Shown here: positions 33,111-46,580 of the stretch, piece by piece
Position numbering within the stretch: position 1 is the first letter of the stretch
How the letters are laid out: each line of letters opens with the position of its first letter
Assembly (NCBI GenBank): GCA_030265395.1
Contig: JARFYF010000112.1
Coordinates: 69,652,163-69,716,162 of the forward strand
DNA from: Rhina ancylostomus
Lineage: Eukaryota
Length of the DNA stretch: 64,000 nucleotides
Reading direction: 5' to 3'
Program-made: the position numbers and the translations under genes
The notes under the pieces: generated by a model
What the model saw: only the letters and a program-made list of their open reading frames with translations
What the model was told of the DNA's origin: nothing
Databases searched by the model: none

Positions 33111-36100
33111 GCAAAAAATAACGTATCAGTTTTATCTTTAAAGGAAAATCTGTGAATAATGTAGGCCTGTACTGAGAGTGGGGTAATGCACAATTGAAGC
33201 AGGATGGTAATGAATTGATAACACTCAGCTTGGAGGAGAGCGGGCTGGGATCCAATGGAAGGAATCTTTATTTTGCATAAAGTATTTTGGAAAAGTGGAA
33301 CAGATCAGGAAATGTGCAACATACTTTGAGCTGTGGACAATTATAGGTACATTCAGATTACTACAGCAATGGAATTTTTAACAATCTGTCTGCTTTTGGG
33401 CATGCAGGCATTGCTGGCAAGACCTGCATTTATTACACATCTCTTATCACCCAAGGCGATGACGATGAGCCATTGGAATTCCTCTGGTGAAGGTACTCAC
33501 ACAATGCTGTTGGGTAGGATCTGTTTCCATGCAGTATTTCTGCATAGCTTTATGACTCTACTTCGGCCTTGTCTTAAGAACCCACACACTGGCTCCTGCC
33601 ACAGTTGTGGATAGCAATCTTCTTAGAATTTCCTATTTTTAGCTGTTTAATCATCATTCACAACTCTGACAGATCAGCAGAGATGATCCTTTGGTTGAGG
33701 AAACACTCAGCTCAGTCTACTTAAACACTATTTTACCTATTTTTCATACATATTGTCCTGATTTGCAGTAATGCCAGGTTGGCACCTGACTTTTAGATGT
33801 TATTTTTCTCATTGATTCCTGATTTCATTNNNNNNNNNNNNNNNNNNNNNNNNNNNNNNNNNNNNNNNNNNNNNNNNNNNNNNNNNNNNNNNNNNNNNNN
33901 NNNNNNNNNNNNNNNNNNNNNNNNNNNNNCTAACCTCCACCGAGTCCTCAATCTGGAGGGATTGTGGGGTAGGAAGTGTCTTTGAGTGGAGTAACTGAGT
34001 TCATTGCTGGGTGAAGGGAGACTGTCTCTTCTGACACCAGATAGACTGATTCCATGGTGAAATCTTTGGCTCCAGGCACTGAGATAATGTTGGATTGTGG
34101 GATGAGGAAGAATAGATTGCGAGGAGGATTGGACATGAGACCTGATCCTTTATCATAGTTTGTACCAGTGGACTGGAGAAAGAAGCAAACTCAGATGACT
34201 GAGTCAATTATGTTCATTCAGCTGGAATCTGTACATCCCTCCATGTTTTACCACTTTTTTTAATCTTATGCTAAAGTAAAATCTCTGATGAATGTATGAA
34301 TGATGATTAAATCCACTCCCAATTTGGTGATGTGTAACAAATAAACTCCAGGCATTAAAGAAGAGACAGAGAGTGTTAATCAAGCTGTTTATCACATCCT
34401 ATAGGAGGAGCTAGAAATTCTTCAGTCACACAGAGCATTGTTGCTTTTGATGATTCCTGATATAATTTCTGAATATTTAATGTAATTCTCCTCAGATTAA
34501 CAAATTCAACATCATGGATAAGTATACATTCAAATATTTCTTCCTTTGGGAACCATCAGGATATTGCTAAGCATGATATTGCAGATTCACAGCAAAAATC
34601 ACGAGGCAATCATCTTATTCCTTAATCTGAAGAGGTTTCATTTAAGAAGTCATTGGGACATCACACTGGTATAATTGCATAGCTCAGAGAAATGTGGCAC
34701 AGTATGCAACTGCCAATTTAAGCAATGTTTTGTGTTGAGCACTCCACAGATGATTTCTGCTTGATCTGCACAATTTTCGGTCAACTAGCATTAAAATGTT
34801 CCCAATGCCTGGCATGTTGAGGTTTAATTTAGTGACCACAGATAAAAGAAAATATTAAATTGTGCAGAAAGCGATTCATAAATGTCATTTGAGAACTCTA
34901 GCAAGGTGCTCCTGGCTCTCTTGAGGGGAGAGGGGGTGTGGAATATTGATAGCATATTGTCTTTTCTGTTGCCATAGCAATGGTGTCTGTGTGACACATT
35001 CACTGTAACATCTTAAAATCAAAGATAACATATGAGCCCACCATGATTTCTATAATAATATTTTAAAAGTAATTTTTTTTCTATTGAAGCTATGAAATGG
35101 AATAATACGAATTATGGAGTGACTGGAAGGCAGTAATCTTATTGAAGCAGTTGAATTAAGGTAACATCCCAGAAGAGCAAAGCTTGAGGGATTTATAACA
35201 GTCATCTGAACTCCACCCCATGTTAGATTACAAGCTTGAGACCACTTCAGCAAAATATATAAATACATTTATATATAATATGATGATTGTGTTATGGACT
35301 TTGTGCTTTATTAAATGCTTTTATTCAGTCCTTCTCAGTTTTTGTCTTTACTGATAACAGCTGTCATTGCAAATGCCTGAGGGAATGTCAGTTATGCATG
35401 ACAGCAGATGAATTAATAATCATCACATAATCAATACAAAAATAACTAGCAGTTAATCATCAGAAAATAATGTATCTGTTACATCACGGGAGTTTCCTGT
35501 AATTATTAAAATTCATTTTCATTTAAAGATTTTAGTTGTCTCATATGCTTTTGCTGCTACAAGTCAGAGGCCAGTGGAGATAAGGTGCATACTGAAAATC
35601 TTATAGAAGATGGATGCATGGAAATGACCTAACCGTGAGGCCCTGTTGACAGGGTGGTGAAATATCAGGTATGCTTTCTTCTGAGTAGCTGAATCCACTG
35701 ATCTTGCACTCTGTGTCATCCAATCATCCTGCAGTTCAGGTAGCTGTTTAGGTCTCTGATCCTGTGCTGGATCCATTCATTTCCATTCGTTACCATTGAA
35801 TGCTTCCACTACGTTCTCAGCCAATGTACTCCTGAGCTATAAAACATTCTGCTGAGGATGAGAAGTTTTAATGAATCATTTGGGGGGTTTATTGTAACTG
35901 AGAGGATGTTCTGAAAAGTTTTAGAAATTTGAGCAAGAATTATCTGTGCCATTCAGAATATGCAGAATGAGTTCTCCATTGTCTTGCCTTGGCTCTCAGT
36001 GGTGGGTTCCAATTCTCCCTGAAAATGTTAATGAGAAACTTGGTGGTTGTTCAAACAAAAGGCTCACTTCCTTTCTCCAATTATGTTGACATGTAAACTA

Positions 36101-37863
36101 TGGAAGGTAATCATAATTCATAAATCGTGATCAGAAACCATAGTTTCCTTAAGATAAAAGTACAATAGTGTAGAGAACGTCTCAAACAATCTCAGGATAT
36201 ATTTCTACTCAGTGACAGTAAACACTTCTTGTATATTTTCATCACCTTGATTATATTTTCATGGACCTGAAACTTTTTCCCTCTTCGCAGATGCTCTCTT
36301 CCCCCTTCCATTGTCCCCACCTACAAAAGGTCCATCCTCCCATCCATGAAACCTGGAAAGCTAATAGAAATGTTCAAAGAACCTGAAGCTAGCAACAACC
36401 TGTGATCTTTTCCAATGTTACTTGGAATGTCTTTTGGGAACCAGCTGGAGAGTCCAAACAAACCTGCAGGTACATAACCCTAATCTCCACTTTTCCTTCT
36501 TTATGTTTGGTGAATGTCAGTGACCTTGAGGTAGAGCGATTGATAGGCAATACTGGTAAATGAAACAGAAGCTTTTCACAAGAGTTATTCTTGAATTCCT
36601 TAAACTCCTCCATCCCTGTACATCTACTAACTTTAGGATGCTCTTCCTAAATTACCACTTTGAGCTTTTAATCATCAACTCTAAAATATCCTTATGTGAC
36701 CTAGTATCAGACTTTTTCTTTGATACTGCTCTTGTGAAGTTCTTCCCTGTTAAAGGCACAATTTTAATGCAAGTTAGTGTTACTGAAAAAGTTCTGAGTG
36801 TGGAATATTCAGATTTTTTTCAACAATCTACATTAACTCTAGTTCCATGGATCTCTGAACTTCCCACACCAGCTTTTTTGTTCAGATCTGTTATTAAATT
36901 TATTCACTTCCTTTTTCAACTTTATTTCAAATTATTAAACAGCTTAAGAAAATAAGTCGCCCAAGAGATCATTGTCCTTTGAGTGTATAAGAGGAAAAGT
37001 TTGTCTTTGCCTTAACAGCAGAATACAGTTTTCCCTAGCCACATGACAGGGAGAGCCAAGGGCAGAATCTATGAGAACAGGCCACAGCTCCCATGGAGAG
37101 GCTGATGGGACTTGCTGAGGCAGACCAATGATGTCCAGCACAGCCATCAATTCACTTGCCCCCCTCTCACCCTGCTGCATATCATTGCAAATCACAGACA
37201 TAGCATACCCTGCTGCAGAGCATCCCATCAGGCTTGAGGCACTCAGAGATGATGTGGTGGCTGATCTCTATCTGCCTGTAAGCCCCAGCTTGTCTTTTAT
37301 CCAGAAGGAGGTTTTGCCAGGCTACTTGCATGGCCTGGGAAAGTTAAAATGATGGACCTTTCTAAACACGCCTCATAGATCTCATACATCCATGAAGGAA
37401 CCTCTGTGGCTTAATTAACAGTTCAAATGTACATCTTATCTCTGACATTTTATTTTAACCTTTATCATAGACTTATATTTGCGGATTTCTCTACATCCCC
37501 ACTTCCCACTCCTACTTTATTACCATTACAAATAGATTATTTTGTGCTGTGGTTTTGTTCATTGCCAGGAACTGAATTATCATTAAACAATCTCATGGCA
37601 TGTAATGTCAACCTCCAATCTCTAACAGTAGACTTTATGACTTTATTTAATACCTTGGCTGTGTTTATCCACTCTTCTCCTGTGCTTGATTTCTTCTACT
37701 TTGAGACACTGACAAAATTTGTATTAAAGTGCCTCATAGTTAAAGTGATGAACAAGTCTCTTACTTTATGTTCTTTCACCTGCTTGTGTTTTAAAATGAC
37801 CTTCACCCTCAACAGACATTTTGGCCAACATTCATAAGCTTGGCTGTTGCAAGAGAAAAGCTA

Positions 37864-39075
37864 GGAATCAGAATCAGGTTTATTATCTCTAACTTATATG
37901 GCATGATTTGCTGTTTAGAGGCAGCAGTACAATGCAAAGACATATAAATTACCATAAATTACAAAAATAAATAAATAGTGCCATACAAAGGGATAATGAG
38001 GTAGTGTTCATGTATACATGGGTGATACACAAAATCTGATGGTGGAGGGGAAGGAGCTGTTCTTAAATTATTGAGTGTGGGTTTTCATGCTCCTGTACCT
38101 CCTCACCCATGGTAGTAATGAGAAGAAGGCATGTCCCGGATGGTGAGGATCCTTAGTGGTGGATACCGCCTTCTTAAGACACCATCTCTTGAAGATGTCC
38201 TTGATGGTGGGAAGGGTTGTGCTGATGATGGAGATGGCTGAGTCTACAACCTTCTGCAGCCTCTTGCAATCCTGTACATTGGAGTCTCCATATCAGGCTC
38301 TGATGTAACCAGTCAGTATGCTCTCCACTGTACATCTGTAGGAATTTGTAAGAGTCTTTGGGGACATACCAAACATCCTCAAACTCCTAACGAAGTAGAG
38401 CCTCTGGCAAGCCTTCTTTGTGATTGTATCACTGTGTTGGGCCCAAGATAGATCCTCCGAGATGTTGATGCCTAGGAACTTAAAGCTGCTCACCCTTTCC
38501 ACCGCTGACCTCTCAATGAGGACTGGTGTGTGTTCCCCCAACTTCCTCCTTCTGAAGTCCACAATCAATTCCTTAGTCTTGCTAACACTGAGTGCAAGGT
38601 TGTTGTTTTAACACCACTCAACCAGCTGATCTATCTCACTCCTGTATATCTCCTCGTCACCAGCTGAGATTTTACCAACAACAGTGGTGTCACTGGCAAA
38701 TTTATAGATGGCATTTGAGCTGTGCCTAGCCACACAGTCGTGAATGTAGAGATATTAGAGCAGTGGGCTAAGCATACATCCTTGAGGTGCACCTGTGTTG
38801 ATGGTCAGCGAGGAGGAGATGTTATTACCAATCTGCACTGACTGTGGCCTCCTGCTAAGGAAGTCAAGGATCCAAGTGCAGAGGGAGGTACAGAGGCCCA
38901 GGTTTTGGAGCTTGGCGATTAGTACTGAGGGAATGATGGTGCTGAACACCGAGCTGTAATCAATAAAGAGTAGTCTGACATACGTTCTGTTGTTGTGTAG
39001 GTGCTCCAAAGCTGAGTGGAGAGCCAGTGAGGTTGTGTCCGCTGTAGACCTGTTGCAGCAGTATGAATTATTGGG
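37864..39075 (-). mobile_element. Rex1/Babar-clade LINE, 5'-truncated, RT region to 3' tail
   Basis: [37 protein letters not shown]...[13 protein letters not shown] and IVDFRR...VERVSSFKFLGINISEDLSW...QRLYF. It has in-frame stops and a (GATTCT)n tail. Confidence 0.92.
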
Positions 39076-40539
39076 ATTGATCAACAAGGCCCAAGTGGCA
39101 CCATCCATAAACCAGGCCAAGCCACAGTACCTTTATGGCACAGATAATCAATCCACAAATGTATGCCTGGGATTTCAATCTCAAAAAGGGGAAAATAGAC
39201 ACAACATTCATCTATAAATTTTCTTTTAAAAAAGTACCAAGTTCAGATGCATAAAATAAAAGTTAATGATGTTGACTTCAGTGGACAGTTTTAGTTACAT
39301 ATTTGCAACCAAAGGATAGCTTAACCAAGTCAGAATTCAGCTCACACAGCCTCTCATCCAAACCATACTCATCACTTCCTGCTCGCCTAGTGACTGCAGC
39401 ATCTGTGTGCACGTTTCTAAATGCTTTGCAAGTTTATTTCCTAACCTTTTGTTAAAATGCACCCTGTGGATTTTTAGTGTGTCAGCTCTGCCAGAGTACA
39501 GAACATGGCCGTCAGATGCTGCTCTGGTTACAGCTGAATCCACGTGAAACAAATTCCAGAAGCCACAGCTTTCTCCACCACACTCAGAAATTGCCCACAT
39601 TTCATACCCTGATGCAGAGCAATTGCAGAAGAATAATCGTGCAATATGTGCGAATTGGGAGGTCGACAGAAAAGGGGAAGGCTCAATGTGGCAGAATTGT
39701 CAGCAAAGCTAACGGTTCCTTATCAGTTTATCCTGTCCATTAATACTTAACAGCCTGGTTCAAGTGTGTGAGCTCAACATTTGCTGCGGCTACTATGAAT
39801 ATAATTATTTTTTAGATGTATATGAGCCCACCCCTTTCCCTCACCACCCATCCATAAAGAAACCACGTGGCTTTGTGAAGTGTCTTCTGACTGCTCTATG
39901 TTTAACAACCAATGCACGAATGTCCATTCTCCCTGCATCGAGCTCGAGGAGATAGTGACATGGCTGTCACTGAGAGATCTGCTCAACAGAAAATGATTGT
40001 CTGTGAAAGTCATGCATTTTTCATGGTACAATGGGAAATGAGAGGGAAAGGGTTTGATTGACAAGATGATAGCCACAGCAAACCTGTTGCACAAAGTGCA
40101 TTGCAGCTTGGGAGGGGGGTCATGCAGAGTTCACTTCATGGTTGATTTAGACAACTGTGGAATGGTCTGAAGAGAGGATTTGCTTTTATTATATTTTTAC
40201 CCTCTCTCTGCCATGCTGTTCTTAAAGTACAAATAGTAGTCTGCATAAAATCAGCCCCAGATTTCAGCTGTTTCGCAAAGGCAAAGAAATGCTTCTGGAA
40301 TCAGGGTGAGTTAAAATCTGGTTAGCAGCAGTCCATTTGTTAGAAGTACATCAGAGCTGTGGTCCCAAGCACAGTGGTGACCCCTTCTGGCTTTTAACAA
40401 CTAAAGAAAATGCAACAAAAGCAATAAATTTTACTGTTCTGTCAAAATGTACCAATGAGTTTGGATGCATGATAATTCATTAGCAATAATTTTCCCACAG
40501 CCTCTGGGTAGAAAGATGGCAGCCAAATTGTGCATTGCG

Positions 40540-40870
40540 GAAGCCTAGTGGTTAAGTTAATGGACGAGGAAACAGAGTTCTATACCAATGAACAAGAGGG
40601 ATGTCCGAATCCCACATTGCAGCTGTTCAAATTTATGAACTAAAATTGGATTAATCTGGAATTTTGTTTTTAAATGCTGATATCAGTAATCGTAACTGTG
40701 AAACCATAAATCCCGTCTGGTTTACTTATGTCCTTCAGGGAAAGAAATCTGTCATCCTTACCTGTTTTTGCCTTTATTTGCCTCCAGACCCACTCTTAAC
40801 TGGCTCCTCACTCAATAAGGGGCAATAAGGATGGACAATAAATGCTGGCACTGCCAGTGTTGTCCATAAC
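40540..40870 (+). mobile_element. tRNA-derived SINE with CR1-like tail
   Basis: tRNA-like head (CCTAGTGGTTAAG...CGAATCCCAC) and tail GGGCAATAAGGATGGACAATAAATGCTGGC...AATAAATAAAT. The tail is also seen at about 26740-26800 and, reversed, at about 33390-33450. Confidence 0.7.
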
Positions 40871-42399
40871 CGAGAATAAATAAATTTAAGAAAACTTCAG
40901 AACCTGAAAAATGTGAAACAAGTCTCAACATAACCAAGATTTTCAAATTCAGGGTGATCACTCAGAAATTCCTCCCCGAATTGTGACAGGATTTTGAATT
41001 GGAATGCGACCATTTTGCTTCACATTTTACACCCAAAGATGATGTGTTTGTTCTACGGAGACATGGCAAACTCTAAAATAGAGCATTCCACATTAAAATT
41101 CTCGTCCTTATTTTCAAATCCATCCAAGCTGTTGCTCCAGCTGATCTCCTCCAACCCCCACTGATTTCTGTGGACCTTCAATTCTGGCTTCACTTATCTC
41201 CAAGTTTAATTGGTCCATCACTGGTGACGATTACTTTAACTGCCTAGGTCCTACTCCAAAATGAAGTCCTCTGGTTAAGTTAGTAGAGTTGACTTTGTCT
41301 TTTGCCATTTCAGGAAAAATAATGTTTTCCATTTAATGATATTAATGACAACAAACAATGGTCAGTTGGGGGCATTACATAAAGGTCAAGGAAGGTGAAT
41401 TATTGAATGTGATACTATATATGTTTTTATTTCTGTTTATTTATCAATTTCTGTTGATTTTGAGGATGTGGAACTTGTAAAAACCCTTTTGTTCCTTATC
41501 CAGAGTATTTCAGGAGTTCCTTTTTGTCCAAGAAAAGCCATCATGTAATTAACAGCCAGCACTGTGCTTTGTCAGTAACTCAATCAATCATTTCTGACAT
41601 TATCATAACTGTGTGACCAAACCTCAGGCATTTTATAAATGTCAGCCCAGTCCTGAGATGGAATAACAGCCTTTAACCTCTTGCCAGCCATTTGCTTTTT
41701 TTTACGTGAAATGGAATCTCATAATTTAGTTTTAAATGATGACCAATCCTGTGGTTAGGAATATAGTCATAAAACCCTTGAAAGAGCTGCAGGGCAATGC
41801 TCTGCTCATTTTCTCATTAAAGAGGGAAGGTCTTCTCATAAGTACCATAATTTATTGTCATAAGTACTTAGCAGACCTTAAATGCTTGGAAGGAATTCTG
41901 GAGCAGAGTGAAGCATAGACTCATTGAAAATATCAAATACCCTTTACCCTTACATTGCAGCTCTCCTGCTGCCCGTTGGCTGGGGTTTAGACAAAAGAAC
42001 CACAGTCGCCCAAGGGGTTCAGAACAGTTTATAAGGATAAACTTAGGACCAGACAGCAATTACAATTGTTTTCCCCTGATTTATAATCAGCTGGAGCAAA
42101 TAATATCATAAAATAGTGTGCAAGCCTTTCCTTAATCTTCTAGATGTACACTGCATCTTAAGTGACCGCACAAAATTTAACTATATCAAAGAGAAACATC
42201 CCAATATTTATACCACCTGGAGAGACTCACTGTCTGAACTCAGTGTCTGCCATTGGTATTGCACAATGCTTGGGGTGGAATTAAAAATTATTGGAAACAT
42301 CTATCAACTCATTGCTAGTTATACCACAAACCTGAGGCAGAAATGTTTTCAGACAAACTAATCGTTTCTGAGAATTGCGATGACAACTATAATCTCTGG

Positions 42400-42835
42400 A
42401 TTGTATTTGCAGAGCAACTTTCTTGTCTCTCTCGAGATACCCCAAAGTGACTTGCAGTGCCGTTGTGTCTAATCACTTTTGTAATGTAGGGAACATGAAC
42501 ATACATCCAGATTGCACACAGCATGGTCCTACAAACAATAAAGTGGCAATGGGCAGATCTGCTTCTGTTGAATGACAGATAAATATTGGGCAGGATAATA
42601 GGAATAATCTGCTGCACTTCAAATTAGCACAACAACCTCTTATGCCTACCTGAGGAAGCAAATGAGACTTTGTCTGGAGAGGTGGGACCTGAACATGCCA
42701 GAAAAAGTGCACCTTAACAGAGCCAGAATCAAGATGCACATGCAAAAGGCAGCACTGACAGTGCATTTGTACATAGGTGATATACTTCAATATCAGCATA
42801 GAGTACACCATTACCCAGAATGGATCATGACACAA
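42400..42835 (+). mobile_element. Deu-domain SINE (SacSINE1/AmnSINE1-like), degenerate
   Basis: TTGTAATGTAGGGAAC...TTGCACACAGCA..CCTACAAACA...GATAAATATTGGGCAGGA resembles my recollection of the Deu core consensus. Confidence 0.6.
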
Positions 42836-43539
42836 TAACCTTCTAACTCAAGAGACTAGAGTATCCTCTCAATTGGATGAATTTTTATCACTATGCTCAT
42901 TAATTTTCAAAGGCATTTCATCTAACAAGTTTTCATATAGCATGAGAAAGAAAATGCCCATTTCCTCCAAAAAAAGTTCTGGATCAAGAGAACTGTTTTT
43001 CTTTAAGAATAGTTGCTCAAGTTTTTATTTTATGACACGAGAAGATTGCCACAGCTGTGAATAAATTCATCAGCTTTATTTGAACATTCACTGGCAGAAT
43101 TACAAGGATTTCAAAATAGAAGTGAGATTGGGGATGGGAATGATAAGACTCTATTACACCAAGATCCCCATTTAGCATTTTGCTGCAAGTGTATGATGCA
43201 GGCAGTTGATCTGTTTGTTATTGAGTGAGACTATTTCCTTAAAGTCATACACTGACACTACATGCCAATGGGGGTTAGAACACACACTGCCCATATCGGA
43301 AGAGCCAATGTTCATGGTCAAATTCAAGAAGTGATATTAATAATCCAGAGATTATTAACTTATAAATCCTGCTTCTTAGAATCAGTCACACTTCAGGGCA
43401 AAGAGCTCTTGTCAGATCCTGCCCTTCCTTTCATTGGCCTTCCTGCACTCCTAGGCTCGAGACCAACCTGACTATGGAGTGTCTCCGAGCTTCTGTTCAA
43501 TATTTTTAACATAGCATTGAAGGGAATGTTGTTAAATAT

Positions 43540-43660
43540 GGTGGTAAAATTAATGGTGCTGCCTCACAGCTTCAAGGACACAGGTTCGATCCTGACCTGG
43601 GGTGCTGTCAGTGCAGAGTTTCCACATTCTCTTCCTGAACACAATGAGTTTCCTTCAGGT
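43540..43660 (+). mobile_element. V-SINE 5' fragment
   Basis: GTGCTGCCTCACAGC..CAGGTTCGATCCTGACCTGGGGTGCTGTCAGTGCAGAGTTT (B box followed by the start of the V domain). Confidence 0.7.
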
Positions 43661-43689
43661 ATTATCAATAAAATGTATTACAGACACCA

Positions 43690-44990
43690 GATGAAAAAGA
43701 CCAAGGACCTTTTTGTTAAATGGGATAAAGTCAATGTAAAAGACAAAGAGGATACAGAATTCCTAAACAGCGTACAGGAGAACTTTTCTACTCAGTATAT
43801 TAGCAAATCCAACAAGGTGGAATGGAGAGTGGGAGTGAGTGAGTGAGTGCAGTTCTGGATTTAGTTTGGGGGAATGAAGCTGGTCAAGTGGAAGGAATAT
43901 CAATGGAAGAACATCTCTGTGGCAGCAACAATAGTTCACTTATATTTAGCATGGCTATGGAAAAGGACAAAGGTAAAAAAGAGGAAAGGTTTTAAACCAC
44001 GAGAGGGGCAATTTTACGAGACTGAGAAATAGTTTACCAAAACTGGGCTTGAAACAGTTACTTCAAGATAAATCAGTCTCAGAGATTTAAAGTGATTAGG
44101 GTAAACACATTTCCTAGAAGAGCAAGGTGGGACTCCCAAGTTTAGAGGACCCTAGATGTAACGGTACGTTGAAAAAGTAGGAAGAAGTGAAAAAGGAAAG
44201 CTTAAGTCAGACACTAAGCAGATAATACAACAAAAACCCTGGAAGAGCACTAAACATAGGAATGAAACTAAAAGGGAGAACAGGAAAGCAAAGAAAGACA
44301 ATGATATAATACTGGCAAGTAAAATCAAAGGAAATTCATAGATGTTTAGGAAGTATACTCAGAGCAAATGGTTAACAACAGAAAGAGTAGGACTAATTGG
44401 GCCAAGGTCTGCTATCCGTGGAGGCAAGAGAACGGGAAGAAGATTTTTAATGAATATTTTACAACTGCATTCAAAAAATAGGGACATGATGCCAATAATG
44501 TGGTAAAGGCAGGCAAGTGTTACAGGTTTAGCATCTTTAAAAATAGATAAATCACCAGGTCCTGATGAAATATACCTGAGCTGTGAAAAGCAAGGAAACT
44601 GAGAAGGTTTTGACTACATTCTTCTATCCTCTTGGACTGCAGGCATGATGGCAGAGGGTTGGAGACACATTCTACTGTATTTAAAAAGGGAGAACGTTGT
44701 AAACCATATACAAGCCAATTCACTTAGCTTTGATGATGGGAAAATTATTGGAATCCATTCTAAGGGAGGGTAGAAAGGCACAAATGATTCAAGGAATTGT
44801 TAAGGCAAGGTTATGTCGGTCACTTAATTGAATTCTTTGAGGAGGCAACATGAAAGGTCGATGAGGGCAATGTGTGTGATGTGGTCCACTGGAATTTTAG
44901 TAAGGATTTTCACAACTTCCTATGGGAGGCTGGACAAAGTAGTAGAAGCCCCTGGGATCCAGGGAAGTGGGATCAATTGCATCTGCACTT
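43690..44990 (+). mobile_element. CR1 ORF2 remnant (endonuclease to RT), degenerate with deletions
   Basis: EFLNSVQENFSTQYI, DKSPGPDEIYL and DVVHWNFSKDF..GRL motifs in the expected order. Confidence 0.8.
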
Positions 44991-46099
44991 GCAAAAGATC
45001 AGCAGTGAATTCCACACAGGAAGTAAAGCAGCATGGAATTACAGAAGGAAATCCAACAATAAATGGATGTTATGAGAACATCACATGTATTCCCTGGTAG
45101 AAGATAACCTTATATTAAAAAAATCTATTAATTTATTTTGATTGCCACAGGAAGGAATTGTGTTGTGTCTATTGATACATTGGAGCACTCCTGCCATGGT
45201 GAAGGGATAACTGTAATGGTGAAGCTCATCTAACAAAGTCTCCTGGAGTACATCTGATCAGAACTGGCGGCTGTGCAAATCTGCATCAGAGTTTGGTCCT
45301 AGTATTTTGTCTCCACAACACAAGCCATCCTTGGTCTTTTCTTGAAGCTTATTAACAACAAAAAGCTTTATTTTGTGCTTTATTATGTTTTCAACACTCT
45401 ATTATGTTTTATTTTGTGCATGAGCAATACATTACGGCTTGGGATTAATAAATTGATGTGTCGTAAAAGATTACATTTCACACATCACCAGGGCATATCT
45501 GGCAGGAGAGTTTTCTGGGCCCTGTAGAGTTCTATTGAAGCCCCAACAACTGCTTTTATATCCATTTATAAACTCTCTGTCAGTCTTCCAGGAGAAGTTG
45601 CTTTTGGCTGGGACGGCAGAATTACAGTCATGCCAGAAAACCAACTATAATGCCAAAAATCAATATGTTCTGGGAAAGCCCCAAGCTCCCCCCCTTGAGA
45701 AAATAAATCTCCTGCCTTCAGTTCTTCAGTCAGTTCTAAATTTACTGCTGCTGTAAACTGTTCGTTGGTGAGCATTTTAGCCTATTTCTTTTCTTGTCAC
45801 AGCAAAAATGGATGCGCAGTCAGACATACCTGAAGCTTAACTTTAGAAATTTACAGCAGTGAAAATTGGCATTTGGCCTATTGTGCTGCCTTTTCACTAA
45901 AGCAGTCCAAGAAACAAGACACACCACAATCCTTCCCACAATAGTTTTGCTTTCCCTTCTGCATCAAATATTTATTCACGTCTCCCAGAAAAGGTACAGT
46001 GAATCAACTCTTTTTACAGCAAAGCCTTTCATGCTCCGACAACCTCCTGATGCTTTATGATGTTCCTGCACCCCCATATGTATTAAGCCTAACCCATTT

Positions 46100-46580
46100 A
46101 ATATGATTATAGCACCATGTAAGTTGATGGAGAGTGTCCTCGATGTGAAGATGGGACTTTGGCTCCTAAAGGACTGTGCAGTTTTTACTTCTACCAATAC
46201 TATTACAGAAAGATACATCTGCAACGGGTAGACTGGTGAGGACAAGATCAAGTTGGTTCATTCCTCGGGCCTTCAGACAGTCTGGCAGCTACATCCTTCA
46301 ATATATGGCCAGCTCGATCAATTGTGGCTATTCCTGGTGATTGACATTGAAGTCCCCATTCATAGTACATTCTGTGCACTTGCTAATTTCAGTGCTTCTT
46401 CAATACAAAGGAGAACTGATTCATAAGCTGAAGGTGATTGATAGGTTATAATTAGTAGGTGGTTTCCTTGTCCAGGTTTGACCTGATGCCATGACACTTC
46501 ATGAAGACTCCAAGGGCTATTTCTTCCTATCTGTGTATCACTAAAGTCAAAGTCAAGTTTTGTTTTGCTGCTGGGACAGG
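46100..46580 (-). mobile_element. Old CR1-like endonuclease fragment
   Basis: The minus strand reads NVLxMGTSM / GDFNV-like (GGGGACTTCAATGTC). Confidence 0.5.
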
